Positions 35,587-46,282 of a stretch of DNA of 64,000 nt are shown piece by piece. The notes under the pieces were generated by a model. It ran no database searches and was not told the DNA's origin. It worked only from the letters and a program-made list of their open reading frames with translations. The stretch is from Bacteroidia bacterium (GTDB lineage Bacteria; Bacteroidota; Bacteroidia; NS11-12g; UBA955): positions 13,176 through 77,175 of the forward strand of contig JBILJV010000002.1 in the NCBI GenBank assembly GCA_044377005.1. The letters run 5' to 3'. The stretch's first letter is position 1, and every line of letters begins with the position of its first letter. The position numbers and the translations under genes were made by a program.

Positions 35587-38500
35587 ATGCATAAAACTGC
35601 TTTTAGTAAACATATTTATCTATTACTGTTTGTTTTTTCAACACCTTTTTTTGGTGTAGCTCAAAAGACAGCAGGTAACGAAAATCGTATTAAATTATAT
35701 AACAATGCAATTGAGTTGTATGACAAACAATTATACAATGCTGCCATTTCTATTTTTATGGATTATTTGCCTTATGCAAATGATGCTGTGAATTCTATAG
35801 ATGTGGAATATTATATTGCAAGTTGTAAACTAAAATTAATGCACCAAAATGGGCTTGCGAATATGCTTGACTTTATTCAAAGACATCCGCAAAGTCGAAA
35901 AGTTAACAATGCCAATCTTGAAGTTGGAGATTATTACTACAACACTACTAAATTCAGAACAGCACTATCGTTCTATAAAAAAGTAAATCCTATGGGGTTG
36001 TCGGAAGAGGAAAAGCAAACCTTGTCTTATCGCAAGGGATATTGTTACTTTAAAACCGCTAAATTTAAAGAAGCCAAAGAAGAGTTATATCCCCTAACAA
36101 CTTCTGAAAATCCCTACATTACCGAAGCAACCTACTATTATGGTTATGTTAGCTACATGAACAAAGAATACAAGGAAGCTCTTAAAGCATTTAAAAAAGT
36201 AGAAGACAAAAAAGAAGAAGTTAAACTTTATATTGCTGAAATTTATTATCTTCAAAACGAATATCAAAAAGCTGTTGACTATGCAGTAGGTAAAAACTTT
36301 GAAGGTCTTAATAAAAATAGAGATATGTTGCTTGGTAAATGCTATTACCGTCTCAAAAATTATGACAAAGCACTTGAGTGCTTTGAGAAAAGTAACTACA
36401 AACTTTCTGAATTAAACAATGCTGAAGCTTATGAAATTGGTTACACTTACTTTGTGAATAAAAACTGTATTAAAAGTTCTGAATTATTTGAGAAAATAGC
36501 AAATGCAGGAGATGTACTTGCCCAAAGTGCAAGTTATAACTTAGGCGAATGCTTTCTTCAAGTGGGAAAAAAACAAAATGCATTTAATGCTTTTTATGAA
36601 GCTCAAAGAACTGATTTTGATAAATCTATTCAAGAAGAATCAATGTATTCCTATGCCAAATTAGCCCACGAATTAGATTATAACAATAAATCGATTGCCG
36701 CCTATCAAAAATTTATAGATTTTTTTCCTAAATCTATATATCGAAACGAAGCAAGAAAGAATTTAGCAAATATTCTTCTTTCTGCCAATGATTACAAAGC
36801 TGCCATTAGTGTGTTAGATGAAATGTCAATGAGCGATCAAACCACTCGTGAACTTTACCAAAAAGTATTGTTTCTAAGAGCACAAGAATTATACCTCCAA
36901 AGAGATTTTGCCAATGCTGAATTGATGTTTAAAAAATCAATTGCTAATAAAGTGGACAATGACTTGGTTGGGGAGTCATACTTTTGGTTAGGTGAAATGG
37001 ATTACAAACAACGCAAAGACGATAACGCAAGATTTAACTACCAACGCTTTTTGGAAAATGCGGAATCTAAAAAAACTAAGTATTATCCAGATGCCCTATA
37101 TGCAATCGGATATACTTATTTTAACCAAAAGAAATACCAAGAAGCTGCCATTTATTTTAACAGATATAAAACAAGTGTGGGTTATACTTTACCGGAAAAT
37201 ATGTTCCATGATGCAACTTTACGCTTGGGCGATTGCTATTTCTCTATTTCTGATTATAATGCAGCTTTGGATGCCTATTCTTACATTGTAAGTAACAAAA
37301 ATACAGGTGCCGATTATGCCATGTTTCAACAAGGAATGATTTATGGCTTGCAAAATAAATCAGCTAATAAAATTGCCATCCTTAAGAAAATTTCTAGAGA
37401 TTTCCCCAATTCACCTTATATTCCTGAAGCCATATATCAAACCGCTAGAGAATATTATGATTTAGAAAATTACAAAGAAGCTGAAAGATATTATCGATAT
37501 TTAATAGACGATTACCCTAATTCATCATTAGCAAAAAATTGTTACGAGTCTTTAGGAAGTATATATTACATCCAAGGGGATTACAGCAATGCTTTAACTC
37601 AATATAAATACATCGCTAAAACCTATCCTGGTACTCCCGAAGCTCAAAAAGCAATTAGAAATTCTGAATCAGTTTACAAAAAGCAAGGAAATATCAAAGA
37701 ATATGTTGATTGGGTGAAATCTTTGCCAAATGTTAATATAAGCACAACTAAAGAAGACTCTCTTTACTTTGATGCTGCTTTTCGTTTGTTTTTGAACAAG
37801 GAATACACCAAAGCTTCAGTTGATTTTGAAGATTATTTAAAAAACTTTAGCAGTGGATTCTTCATATTTCAATCAAACTATTATGCTGCAATATGTTATT
37901 TAAATCTTTCTAATGAAGAAAAAGCAGTGACTAAACTAAAGTTTATTGCAGACAATCAAATTTCTGAATTTAAAGAAGATGCACTTGATAGATTGAGTGC
38001 TATCTATAAAAAGAATGAGGACTGTACCAACGCGTTACCTTATTTTGAACTTTTAGAAAGGTTCAGTACTAATAATGTTAATCTTAAAAAATCGTTAATG
38101 GGTCAAATCAGTTGTAATAATTTATTAGGAAATAGAGAAAAAGCAAAAACCAAATCTGAGTTATTGTTGAAATATGACAGATTAAGCAATGTGGAGTTTG
38201 GGGAAAGTAACAATACCATAGCAAAGTATTATTTACATGACAGTATGTATAAATCAGCCAATGCTTATTTTTCCAAAACGTTAAAAAATCAACAAGATGT
38301 GTATGCGGCAGAAGCCAAATATTACCAATCATATATGTTCTACATGCAAGACAGTTTAGATAAATGTAGAAAAAGCATTATGGAGTTTAATAACCAATTT
38401 AATAATTATGATTTTTGGTTAGGAAAAACCTTTGTTTTATTGTCTGATTTTTACATCAAAAAAGGAGATAAATTCCAAGCAAAAGCTACATTAAACAGTG

Positions 38501-38604
38501 TATTGGAAAATTTTGACGATGTCGAAATTCTTAGAATTGCCAAATTGAAATTAGAAGCTTTAGAACCAAAGTCGAATAGTAACGAATTGTTGAACGAAGA
38601 TTAA
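35587..38604 (+). CDS. Large secreted tetratricopeptide-repeat protein (~1005 aa)
   Basis: Signal peptide, then many A/Y/L-patterned 34-residue repeats (for example YYYGYVSYMNKEYKEALKAFKKV and ALYAIGYTYFNQKKYQEAAIYFNRY). Confidence 0.8.
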   Translation: MHKTAFSKHIYLLLFVFSTPFFGVAQKTAGNENRIKLYNNAIELYDKQLYNAAISIFMDYLPYANDAVNSIDVEYYIASCKLKLMHQNGLANMLDFIQRHPQSRKVNNANLEVGDYYYNTTKFRTALSFYKKVNPMGLSEEEKQTLSYRKGYCYFKTAKFKEAKEELYPLTTSENPYITEATYYYGYVSYMNKEYKEALKAFKKVEDKKEEVKLYIAEIYYLQNEYQKAVDYAVGKNFEGLNKNRDMLLGKCYYRLKNYDKALECFEKSNYKLSELNNAEAYEIGYTYFVNKNCIKSSELFEKIANAGDVLAQSASYNLGECFLQVGKKQNAFNAFYEAQRTDFDKSIQEESMYSYAKLAHELDYNNKSIAAYQKFIDFFPKSIYRNEARKNLANILLSANDYKAAISVLDEMSMSDQTTRELYQKVLFLRAQELYLQRDFANAELMFKKSIANKVDNDLVGESYFWLGEMDYKQRKDDNARFNYQRFLENAESKKTKYYPDALYAIGYTYFNQKKYQEAAIYFNRYKTSVGYTLPENMFHDATLRLGDCYFSISDYNAALDAYSYIVSNKNTGADYAMFQQGMIYGLQNKSANKIAILKKISRDFPNSPYIPEAIYQTAREYYDLENYKEAERYYRYLIDDYPNSSLAKNCYESLGSIYYIQGDYSNALTQYKYIAKTYPGTPEAQKAIRNSESVYKKQGNIKEYVDWVKSLPNVNISTTKEDSLYFDAAFRLFLNKEYTKASVDFEDYLKNFSSGFFIFQSNYYAAICYLNLSNEEKAVTKLKFIADNQISEFKEDALDRLSAIYKKNEDCTNALPYFELLERFSTNNVNLKKSLMGQISCNNLLGNREKAKTKSELLLKYDRLSNVEFGESNNTIAKYYLHDSMYKSANAYFSKTLKNQQDVYAAEAKYYQSYMFYMQDSLDKCRKSIMEFNNQFNNYDFWLGKTFVLLSDFYIKKGDKFQAKATLNSVLENFDDVEILRIAKLKLEALEPKSNSNELLNED

Positions 38605-38621
38605 CATTTAGTTTAGCAATT

Positions 38622-40172
38622 ATGCCTCAAGAAATAGAACTTAAACTATTGCCTGAACAAGCTTTTGATGAATCTTTTATCATCGAAAAAGTATCGGCTG
38701 CGCTTCATGTCTCTGTTTCGGATATTTCAGCTCTCCGTTATCTCAAACGTTCCATTGATGCTAGAAAAAAACCTCATGTATTTTATGTTCTCAAAATTCT
38801 TGTTTTTATAAATGAGACAATAACAGAGGAAGATTTTGACAATGGGTTTACAATGGAACCTTTAAAACAAAATAAATCTATAGTTATCATAGGCTTTGGT
38901 CCTGCCGGTATGTTTGCCGCTTTGCAGTTGATAGAAAAAGGGATAAAACCAATTGTGTTTGAAAGAGGAAAGTCGGTAAGAGATAGACGAAGAGATTTGG
39001 CACAGTTGAATAAAAGTTTAAGTGTAAATCCCGAAAGTAATTATTGTTTTGGCGAAGGAGGTGCCGGAACATACAGTGATGGTAAATTATACACCCGAAG
39101 CAAGAAAAGAGGGAATATAAAAAAAGTATTACATTGTTTGGTCAATCATGGGGCCTCTCATGATATTTTGGTAAACGCCCATCCCCATATTGGAACCAAT
39201 AAACTACCACAAATTGTAGAAAATATAAGAGAAACTATTTTGGCGGCTGGAGGCGAAGTACATTTTAATTCCAAAATGACTGACATGCAAATTGTGAATG
39301 GAAAAATTACTTCGATTTCAATTAATGACCAAAAACAAGTGTCAGTTTCTCATTTAATATTAGCCACAGGTCATTCAGCACGCGATGTGTTTGAATTGTT
39401 GAATGACAAAAAAATTCACATAGAGTCGAAACCATTTGCATTGGGGGTAAGAATAGAACATCCACAATCGGTTATTGACCAAATTCAATATGGCAGAAAT
39501 GACAGAGGAGAATATTTGCCTCCAGCTTCTTATTCTTTAGTCACACAAGCGGCTGGAAATGGTGTGTTTTCTTTTTGTATGTGTCCCGGAGGTATCATTG
39601 CTCCAGCATCTACCAATGCCGAAGAAGTCGTTGTGAATGGATGGAGTCCAAGCAAAAGAAACGGTTTTTTTGCCAACAGTGGCATGGTTGTCACGGTAAA
39701 TCCAGAACATTGGCAAAAGAAATTTGGGAATCATGCTTTGTCAGCATTGAATTTTCAGAAAGAGGTTGAACACAAAGCCTATTTAAAATCGAATTCCATC
39801 GTTGCCCCTGCACAAAGAATGGATGATTTTATCAGAAATATTGATTCAAATTCCTTGCCCGAATGTTCTTATTTGCCGGGGTTAGTATCAGCTGACTTGC
39901 GTTCCATTCTTCCTCCCTTTATCAGTCAATCATTGGCAGAAGGCTTGTCGCATTTTGGGCAATCATTAAAAGGGTATAGAACCAATGATGCGGTATTGGT
40001 GGGGGTGGAGAGTAGAACCTCATCACCAGTAAGAATACCAAGAGACAAAGAAACACTCCAACATTCCGAAATTACAAATTTATATCCATGTGGTGAAGGT
40101 GCAGGTTATGCAGGTGGCATCATGAGTGCCGCATTGGATGGTATGGCTTGTGCTTTGGCCGCTTTGGATTGA
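38622..40172 (+). CDS. FAD-dependent oxidoreductase-like protein (COG2509-type, uncharacterised)
   Basis: Rossmann motif VIIGFGPAGMFAALQL, GGAGTYSDGKL, and C-terminal CGEGAGYAGGIMSAALDG. Confidence 0.8.
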   Translation: MPQEIELKLLPEQAFDESFIIEKVSAALHVSVSDISALRYLKRSIDARKKPHVFYVLKILVFINETITEEDFDNGFTMEPLKQNKSIVIIGFGPAGMFAALQLIEKGIKPIVFERGKSVRDRRRDLAQLNKSLSVNPESNYCFGEGGAGTYSDGKLYTRSKKRGNIKKVLHCLVNHGASHDILVNAHPHIGTNKLPQIVENIRETILAAGGEVHFNSKMTDMQIVNGKITSISINDQKQVSVSHLILATGHSARDVFELLNDKKIHIESKPFALGVRIEHPQSVIDQIQYGRNDRGEYLPPASYSLVTQAAGNGVFSFCMCPGGIIAPASTNAEEVVVNGWSPSKRNGFFANSGMVVTVNPEHWQKKFGNHALSALNFQKEVEHKAYLKSNSIVAPAQRMDDFIRNIDSNSLPECSYLPGLVSADLRSILPPFISQSLAEGLSHFGQSLKGYRTNDAVLVGVESRTSSPVRIPRDKETLQHSEITNLYPCGEGAGYAGGIMSAALDGMACALAALD

Positions 40173-40313
40173 TTGTTATCATATAATCATTTTAATTTTT
40201 TAGGGTAATTTAATTTTTGGGGATATTATATTTTTTGATTATAATTGGAAAAAATTTAAAAAAAAGTAAAATTATAATAAACATAAAATCAATATTTTTC
40301 TTCTACAACATCA

Positions 40314-41495
40314 ATGAATACAAATAAAAAACGAATATTCAAACCTATTTTCTTTTTAACCATTAGCATGCTTTTTGTTTTACAGAGTATGGCTCAACAT
40401 ACTTATGGAAGTTACTACACCAATGATGCATTGGTTAATTTTATAAAATCGGGAAATAAAACAAAAAGTGCTTCTATCGTTATGGTGCCTGGGCTAAATT
40501 TGACATCATATATTTTTTTCACAACACCTGACGACAGGAAAGGATGGGCTGAATTATTTGCAGACAATGGGTATGACGTTTATATGGTAAATGATCCAAA
40601 ATTTGATTTTGTAACAGGTGGAATTTTAGCACCATTTAGTGTGCCAAGTAATGGAAAACCAGCTACACAAGGGTCAGTTCAAGCATGGCAGTCTGATATA
40701 TGGAGACGATGGGGTTTTGGATCTTCGCAAGGTAATCCATACACAGACGCGCAATTTCCTACTGATTCATTTGCGGATTTTGCTTTAAATTACCCTTATT
40801 TAGGGACATCTACTTTTCGTTATGAAAATGCTATTAGCGCAGTAATTGATTCAATAAAAGGCAAAGTATGGTTATTGTCTCACAGTGCTGGAACACAGTC
40901 TGCCGTTTTAGCCGCTCATCAAAAGAAAACTCAAGTGAATGGTTTAATTTTAATTGAACCAGCAGGTCCACCAGATAGTACTGATTTTCCTGATTTTAAT
41001 GGGTTTCATATGTTTGGCGTTTATGGCGACTACATATCTTCACGAAATCAAACGAGCAGAAAGTTAGCTGTGGAAGCAGTCTCCAAACTTTTTCAAAATG
41101 CAGGAGGCATAGCAGACGTTGTATCATTGCCTGAGGATTCTTTGGTTAAGGGAAATAGCCATCTTTTAATGCAAGATAAAAACAGCTATTATGTTTTTGA
41201 TATTATTGATCATTGGCTTCAACAATTTGGAAATAATACCGTTGGTATTGAAAGTGAATTTAATGATTTCACTATTAAGCTTTACCCAAATCCATCTGGC
41301 AATGAAATTTGGATTGATAATAATTCAATTAACGGGATTGAATATTGCATTTATTCAATGGATGGAAGATTATTGCAACGGGCTAAAGTATTAAATCAAA
41401 AAATAGACTTATCTGATGCTCCCAATGGTTTATTGTTTATCAAGTTCAAATACAAAGAGCAAGTAATAATTAAAAAAATAATTAAAAACGGTTAA
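40314..41495 (+). CDS. Secreted alpha/beta-hydrolase-fold protein with a T9SS C-terminal sorting domain
   Basis: Signal peptide, nucleophile-elbow-like LLSHSAGT, and the last ~75 aa (IKLYPNPSGNEIWI...LLFIKFKYKEQVIIKKIIK), typical of a Por/T9SS CTD. Confidence 0.75.
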   Translation: MNTNKKRIFKPIFFLTISMLFVLQSMAQHTYGSYYTNDALVNFIKSGNKTKSASIVMVPGLNLTSYIFFTTPDDRKGWAELFADNGYDVYMVNDPKFDFVTGGILAPFSVPSNGKPATQGSVQAWQSDIWRRWGFGSSQGNPYTDAQFPTDSFADFALNYPYLGTSTFRYENAISAVIDSIKGKVWLLSHSAGTQSAVLAAHQKKTQVNGLILIEPAGPPDSTDFPDFNGFHMFGVYGDYISSRNQTSRKLAVEAVSKLFQNAGGIADVVSLPEDSLVKGNSHLLMQDKNSYYVFDIIDHWLQQFGNNTVGIESEFNDFTIKLYPNPSGNEIWIDNNSINGIEYCIYSMDGRLLQRAKVLNQKIDLSDAPNGLLFIKFKYKEQVIIKKIIKNG

Positions 41496-41640
41496 AATTA
41501 ATTACCCAAATTCGAGGCTCAAAGAGCCCAAATTTCGAAATTTTAAAACCGTTTTTTAACTATAGCCCACGGTTTAAAAAAGTGGGTTATTTATATACGT
41601 GAAATACACAAAATCGTTTTAACGGTTTAAAAAATGTGTG

Positions 41641-41710
41641 GGATTGAAATCAAAAGAATTATTGGAAATGCTCTCTTTGAACAATTAAATATTCAATCCT
41701 TTATTTTTAT
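41641..41710 (+). terminator. Long hairpin plus T-rich tail, possible terminator of the upstream hydrolase gene
   Basis: GGATTGAA (41641-41648) pairs with TTCAATCC (41692-41699) and is followed by TTTATTTTTAT. The 43-nt loop has partial internal pairing. Confidence 0.3.
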
Positions 41711-41770
41711 GTATCAATCGGTTTAAAACATATTTCACAATTTATCTGTTAATAAGCTTAAAATTAATTG

Positions 41771-41778
41771 TAATTTTG
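41771..41778 (+). promoter_or_regulatory. -7 promoter box TAATTTTG (ribBA)
   Basis: Matches TAnnTTTG, 19 nt upstream of ATG 41798. Confidence 0.5.
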
Positions 41779-41797
41779 CAAACCATTTCAAAAACGT

Positions 41798-43006
41798 ATG
41801 TCTGAACAAATAAAATTAGATTCCATAGAATCAGCAATAGCCGATATAAAAGCAGGTAAGTTAATTATCGTGGTGGACGATGAAGACAGAGAGAATGAAG
41901 GTGACTTTTTAACAGCCGCAACTAATATTACGCCTGAAATGATTAATTTTATGGCAAGGGAAGGACGTGGCTTAATCTGCGTTCCTTTGTTGCCTGAAAG
42001 ATGTTCTGAATTGGAATTGGAAATGATGGTAAGTTCTAATGATTCTCTATACGAAACTCCTTTTACAGTTTCTGTTGACTTAAAAGGTCATGGAACTACT
42101 ACCGGAATTTCAGCCTCTGATAGAAGTAAAACCATTCAAGCGTTGATTAATCCTGAGACTAAAGTGAATGACCTAGCCCGTCCAGGACATATTTTCCCAC
42201 TAAAAGCCCAAAAAGAAGGCGTTTTAAAAAGAGCAGGTCATACCGAAGCGGCTATAGATTTTGCAAGATTAGCTGGATTTGAACCAGCAGGTTGTATCGT
42301 GGAAATATTAAAAGAAGACGGTGAAATGGCACGCCTTCCTGAATTGATGGTCATTGCTAAAAAATTTGATTTGAAAATTGTATCTATTGAGGATTTAATC
42401 AAATACAGAATCAAAAATGAAAGTCATGTTAAACGCGAAATATCAGTTAATCTTCCAACTGAATTTGGGAATTTTGATTTAATCGCTTTTTCTCAAATAA
42501 ACGATGGAACTAAACACTTAGCATTAACCAAAGGAGAATGGCACAAAGATGAACCTATTTTGGTTCGTGTACACAGCAGTTGTATGACAGGTGATATTTT
42601 TGGTAGTTGCAGATGCGACTGTGGTGAACAATTACATGCTGCCATGAAAATGATTGAAAAAGAAGGTAAAGGCGTTATTTTATACATGAATCAAGAGGGT
42701 AGAGGTATTGGATTGCTCAACAAACTGAAAGCATATAAACTTCAAGAAGAAGGCTTAGATACTGTAGATGCTAATTTGGAACTTGGATTCAAAATGGATG
42801 AAAGAGATTACGGCATTGGAGCTCAAATTTTAAGAGATTTAGGCGTTTCTAAAATGAAATTAATGAGTAATAATCCAAAGAAAAGAACAGGACTGATTGG
42901 TTATGGATTAGAAATAATCGAAAATATTCCAATTATTGCTCAACCTAATCTACATAATACCGCTTATCTCAAAGCTAAAAAAGAGAAAATGGGACACGAA
43001 ATTTAA
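41798..43006 (+). CDS. ribBA: Bifunctional 3,4-dihydroxy-2-butanone-4-phosphate synthase / GTP cyclohydrolase II
   Basis: [17 protein letters not shown], and the cyclohydrolase zinc motif [16 protein letters not shown]. Confidence 0.95.
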   Translation: MSEQIKLDSIESAIADIKAGKLIIVVDDEDRENEGDFLTAATNITPEMINFMAREGRGLICVPLLPERCSELELEMMVSSNDSLYETPFTVSVDLKGHGTTTGISASDRSKTIQALINPETKVNDLARPGHIFPLKAQKEGVLKRAGHTEAAIDFARLAGFEPAGCIVEILKEDGEMARLPELMVIAKKFDLKIVSIEDLIKYRIKNESHVKREISVNLPTEFGNFDLIAFSQINDGTKHLALTKGEWHKDEPILVRVHSSCMTGDIFGSCRCDCGEQLHAAMKMIEKEGKGVILYMNQEGRGIGLLNKLKAYKLQEEGLDTVDANLELGFKMDERDYGIGAQILRDLGVSKMKLMSNNPKKRTGLIGYGLEIIENIPIIAQPNLHNTAYLKAKKEKMGHEI

Positions 43007-44640
43007 TTTTCGTTGTGCTTTATTTGACCTGCACTTATAGTCATTTTAACTTTTATGTTTTTAAAATCGGCCTGACTGGTTTTTAATAAATCTTTGTCAA
43101 GTACAACGATGTCTGCTTCTTTACCTTTACTCAAACTTCCTTTTCTGTGTTCAAGTTTACATGCTTTGGCTGCCCATAGTGTAATGCCATACAAAGCCTC
43201 TATGGGACTTAAACACTCATCTTTTAAATAAACGGTTTGTTTGGGGTCATTGATATTAGCTCTAAAAACTGCACTGAAATAGGTGTTTAAAGGAGAAATA
43301 CCTTCCACTGGAAAATCGGTTCCCAAGGGAATATAGCCATTTTGTTTAAGTAAGGTTTGGTAGGCATAAGCCCCTCTTAATCTGTGAGAACACAAACGGT
43401 GTTCCATCCATGGTCCATCACTGGTTGCATGTGTTGGCTGTACCGAAGGGATTATGGAATATTGATTAAATAATTCAAAATCTTTGGGGTCAATGACTTG
43501 TGCGTGTTCTATACGCCATCTTTCATCGTTTTTCCCTTTTAAATGCTTTCCGTATATTTCAAGTAACAACCGGTTAGCAGAATCGCCTATACAATGGGTA
43601 TTAACTTGATAACCCGTTGGCAAAATCCATGAACACCATTGATTGAAATACTCAGGACTGTTAAGTAATAAACCAGTGTGTTGGTCTTGGTCGCAATAAC
43701 TCTTTTTTAATTTTGCCCCTCTGCTACCCAAAGCACCATCTGCATATAATTTGAAACTAGAAATTTTTAAGTGTTGGGTTTCAAAAATTCCTTTTTCTTG
43801 TGCAAATTTAAGGCCATTAGGCGTGGGATTTAACATGATATATTGATAAATACTCAATTCTTTTTGCTGATAAAGTGAATCAAGAAACAGGGCAGTTTCA
43901 ACATCAAGACCTGCATCTGCTAATGTTGTTAATCCTGTTTTATAACAATTAGTTTCCGCCTCCTTCAAAGCGCTTATTAATTGTTTTTGAGGCAAGTTGG
44001 GGATAAAAGAACGAATAGAATCAACGGCATTGTCTAAAATAACACCTGTTAATTCATTGTTAGACTTAATTAACTCTCCACCCATTATTTTAGTTTTGGT
44101 ATTAAATTGAGCTAAGTCTAAAGCATATTGATTGCATATAGCCGCATGACCATCAACTCGTTGTAAGAACACCCCCCTGTTTGGAAATAGTTTGTTTAGG
44201 GCTTCGTTGTTAGGGAACGATTTGACGTCCCAATCATTTTGGTCCCAACCTCTGCCAATCAACCATGAATCTGGATTTTTTTTCGCAAAAACCTCAAGTC
44301 TATCAATAACTTCTTGCCAACTCTTAGTGCCTGTTAAATCACAATTCATCAATGTTTTGGCATAGCCGTAAAAGTGACAATGGGCGTCAATAAAACCTGG
44401 GTAAACAAACGATTGTTTTAAATCAATCATTTGGTTTGAAACACAAGTATATTGGTTTCGCATATCATCGTTTCCCAATGCCAATATTTTGCCTTCTTTG
44501 ATAACAATGCAAGTGGCAGAAGTTATACTATCGTCCAGGGTTAAAACTTGACCATTATACAATATCATGTCAACCGTTTCTTTTTTATTTTGACAAGCAA
44601 ATAAGCAAGAAACTAAGGTTAAAATTGCGATAAATTTCAT
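43003..44640 (-). CDS. Amidohydrolase-3 family (COG1574-type) metal-dependent hydrolase, lipoprotein
   Basis: Lipobox LVSCLFAC and [10 protein letters not shown]. The stop overlaps the ribBA stop. Confidence 0.85.
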   Translation of the reverse strand: MKFIAILTLVSCLFACQNKKETVDMILYNGQVLTLDDSITSATCIVIKEGKILALGNDDMRNQYTCVSNQMIDLKQSFVYPGFIDAHCHFYGYAKTLMNCDLTGTKSWQEVIDRLEVFAKKNPDSWLIGRGWDQNDWDVKSFPNNEALNKLFPNRGVFLQRVDGHAAICNQYALDLAQFNTKTKIMGGELIKSNNELTGVILDNAVDSIRSFIPNLPQKQLISALKEAETNCYKTGLTTLADAGLDVETALFLDSLYQQKELSIYQYIMLNPTPNGLKFAQEKGIFETQHLKISSFKLYADGALGSRGAKLKKSYCDQDQHTGLLLNSPEYFNQWCSWILPTGYQVNTHCIGDSANRLLLEIYGKHLKGKNDERWRIEHAQVIDPKDFELFNQYSIIPSVQPTHATSDGPWMEHRLCSHRLRGAYAYQTLLKQNGYIPLGTDFPVEGISPLNTYFSAVFRANINDPKQTVYLKDECLSPIEALYGITLWAAKACKLEHRKGSLSKGKEADIVVLDKDLLKTSQADFKNIKVKMTISAGQIKHNEN

Positions 44641-44641
44641 A

Positions 44642-45781
44642 TTAAGGGCTTACAAGGTTGATGCTTACGTTGACATAAGGCGCTAGTCCCACTTGGTTCA
44701 GCATCAAGTAAGATTGACTGCCAAAAAAACCTCTGAAAAAATCATTGCCACCATCAAGTGCATCCACATTATAACTCAAATCATAACGAATACCCCCTTG
44801 AATAGCCAACCAAACAAATCCTTTTAACTGTCTTTGGTAATCTAATCTAAAACGCAATTCACTTCTTCGTAGTTCATAACTTGATTTTCTAATAGTAGTC
44901 ATAGGATCAGCAGTTGGGACATTATTTTCTAAGTTATATAGCCTGTAACTAGTTCCTTCCAATTCATAACCTGCTAATAGTATACTTCTAGAATTGAATT
45001 TTCTACGGTAAGCTGCACGGGCTGGGAATAAAATTTCCGTTCCCCATTTTCTATTAACTGAAGTATAATTGTACATCACAACAGGAATATAATTCATTTC
45101 ACCCGCTCGGTAAGTTCTGGATAATCCCACAGCCCATTGTAATCTGTCGTGTGGTCGCTTTCCATATAGCGCACTAACTGAAGTACGAATGGTTGTAAAG
45201 TCAGGTTTTTGTGATTCAGAAGAAAGATTATAAGTGCCATTTAATTCACCCATTGCTTGAACTATGATGAAGTTTTTTTCACTAGTAGGAACAAAAAAAG
45301 TAGAATTTAAATTGGTACTTGTTAATCCAAATTGTCTTAGATTTCCAATGAATTTGTCATGATCGTCAATTCCATTTAAATCAAAATCAGTATTGTGTTC
45401 GTACAAACTACGGATATAGCCTCCACCCATTTGCCACAAAAAATTGGGTTTAGAAATAACAGGAATGTTGGTATTAACTCTTAGGCCATGGGTGGTAAAT
45501 TGACTGGTTCGTGAGTTATAATTCTTGTCTCCATCTTGGTAAAAACCATAAGGTGATGTTGTTATTTTGCTGTTAAAAATGTAATCGTAGCCAACCGATA
45601 CAAATCGATTTGGACTAAGGTCAAAAATTTTGGGATTACAAAATAATTTAATTTTACCTTCAGAACTTACATTTTCATATTGACTGTAATCTTCTTCAGC
45701 GGTTGTGTCTATTTGAGAAAACAAGGAAAAAGAACAACAAATAAAAAGAATAACAAAGAATTCTTTAAAGAATTTTGCCAT
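44642..45781 (-). CDS. Putative outer-membrane beta-barrel protein (hypothetical)
   Basis: Signal peptide, alternating strand pattern, and C-terminus ...YVNVSINLVSP. It ends 1 nt before the amidohydrolase start. Confidence 0.6.
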   Translation of the reverse strand: MAKFFKEFFVILFICCSFSLFSQIDTTAEEDYSQYENVSSEGKIKLFCNPKIFDLSPNRFVSVGYDYIFNSKITTSPYGFYQDGDKNYNSRTSQFTTHGLRVNTNIPVISKPNFLWQMGGGYIRSLYEHNTDFDLNGIDDHDKFIGNLRQFGLTSTNLNSTFFVPTSEKNFIIVQAMGELNGTYNLSSESQKPDFTTIRTSVSALYGKRPHDRLQWAVGLSRTYRAGEMNYIPVVMYNYTSVNRKWGTEILFPARAAYRRKFNSRSILLAGYELEGTSYRLYNLENNVPTADPMTTIRKSSYELRRSELRFRLDYQRQLKGFVWLAIQGGIRYDLSYNVDALDGGNDFFRGFFGSQSYLMLNQVGLAPYVNVSINLVSP

Positions 45782-45803
45782 AATAAATATAAAAAAGAAT
45801 AAA

Positions 45804-46259
45804 TTATTTTACAGTTAATCTTTTCCAACTGTCAGTTCTACCTAGAGCTTTAATGCCGATATAACCACGAATATCCAACACATTGTCATTTTTCATGTTA
45901 ATAACACAATTGTAGGTACTTCCATTTTCAGGGTCATAGATTGAGCCTTCGGACCATTCGTTTTTACCTTGATAAACAAAGTCTTTCAAAATTCTATAGC
46001 CTTTCAAAGGAACATTACGCATAGAAGTGTCGGGATTATTTTTATCAACTTTGTTTTTATTAGTATTGGGGTCAATTGGTTCTTTAAGCCATACAATTTT
46101 ACCAAAATATTTAGCGCCAATTTTTTCAATTTTGATTCTTGACCTACCGTTACTAGGTTCCCAAACGCCAATTAAACGATCGCCTTTTGGGTCTTGAGAA
46201 GTAAATCCGAAAGGAAGAATGCTTGTTAATACAAGGATAAGTAAATGTACTTTTTTCAT
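45804..46259 (-). CDS. DUF2147-family secreted protein
   Basis: Signal peptide and GVWEPSNGRSRIKIEKIGAKYFGKIVWLKEP...IYDPENGSTYNCVINM...RGYIGIKALGRTDSWKR, which fits the DUF2147 pattern. Confidence 0.7.
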   Translation of the reverse strand: MKKVHLLILVLTSILPFGFTSQDPKGDRLIGVWEPSNGRSRIKIEKIGAKYFGKIVWLKEPIDPNTNKNKVDKNNPDTSMRNVPLKGYRILKDFVYQGKNEWSEGSIYDPENGSTYNCVINMKNDNVLDIRGYIGIKALGRTDSWKRLTVK

Positions 46260-46282
46260 ATTTATATTATTTCTAATGGTTA

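Noticed and set aside
41496-41797. An FMN (RFN) riboswitch upstream of ribBA.
   Set aside because: I could not find the conserved GC-rich core (GGGCAGGGTGAAATTCCC...CCGGCGGT-type segments). The region is almost entirely A/T. An Rfam scan is still advisable.
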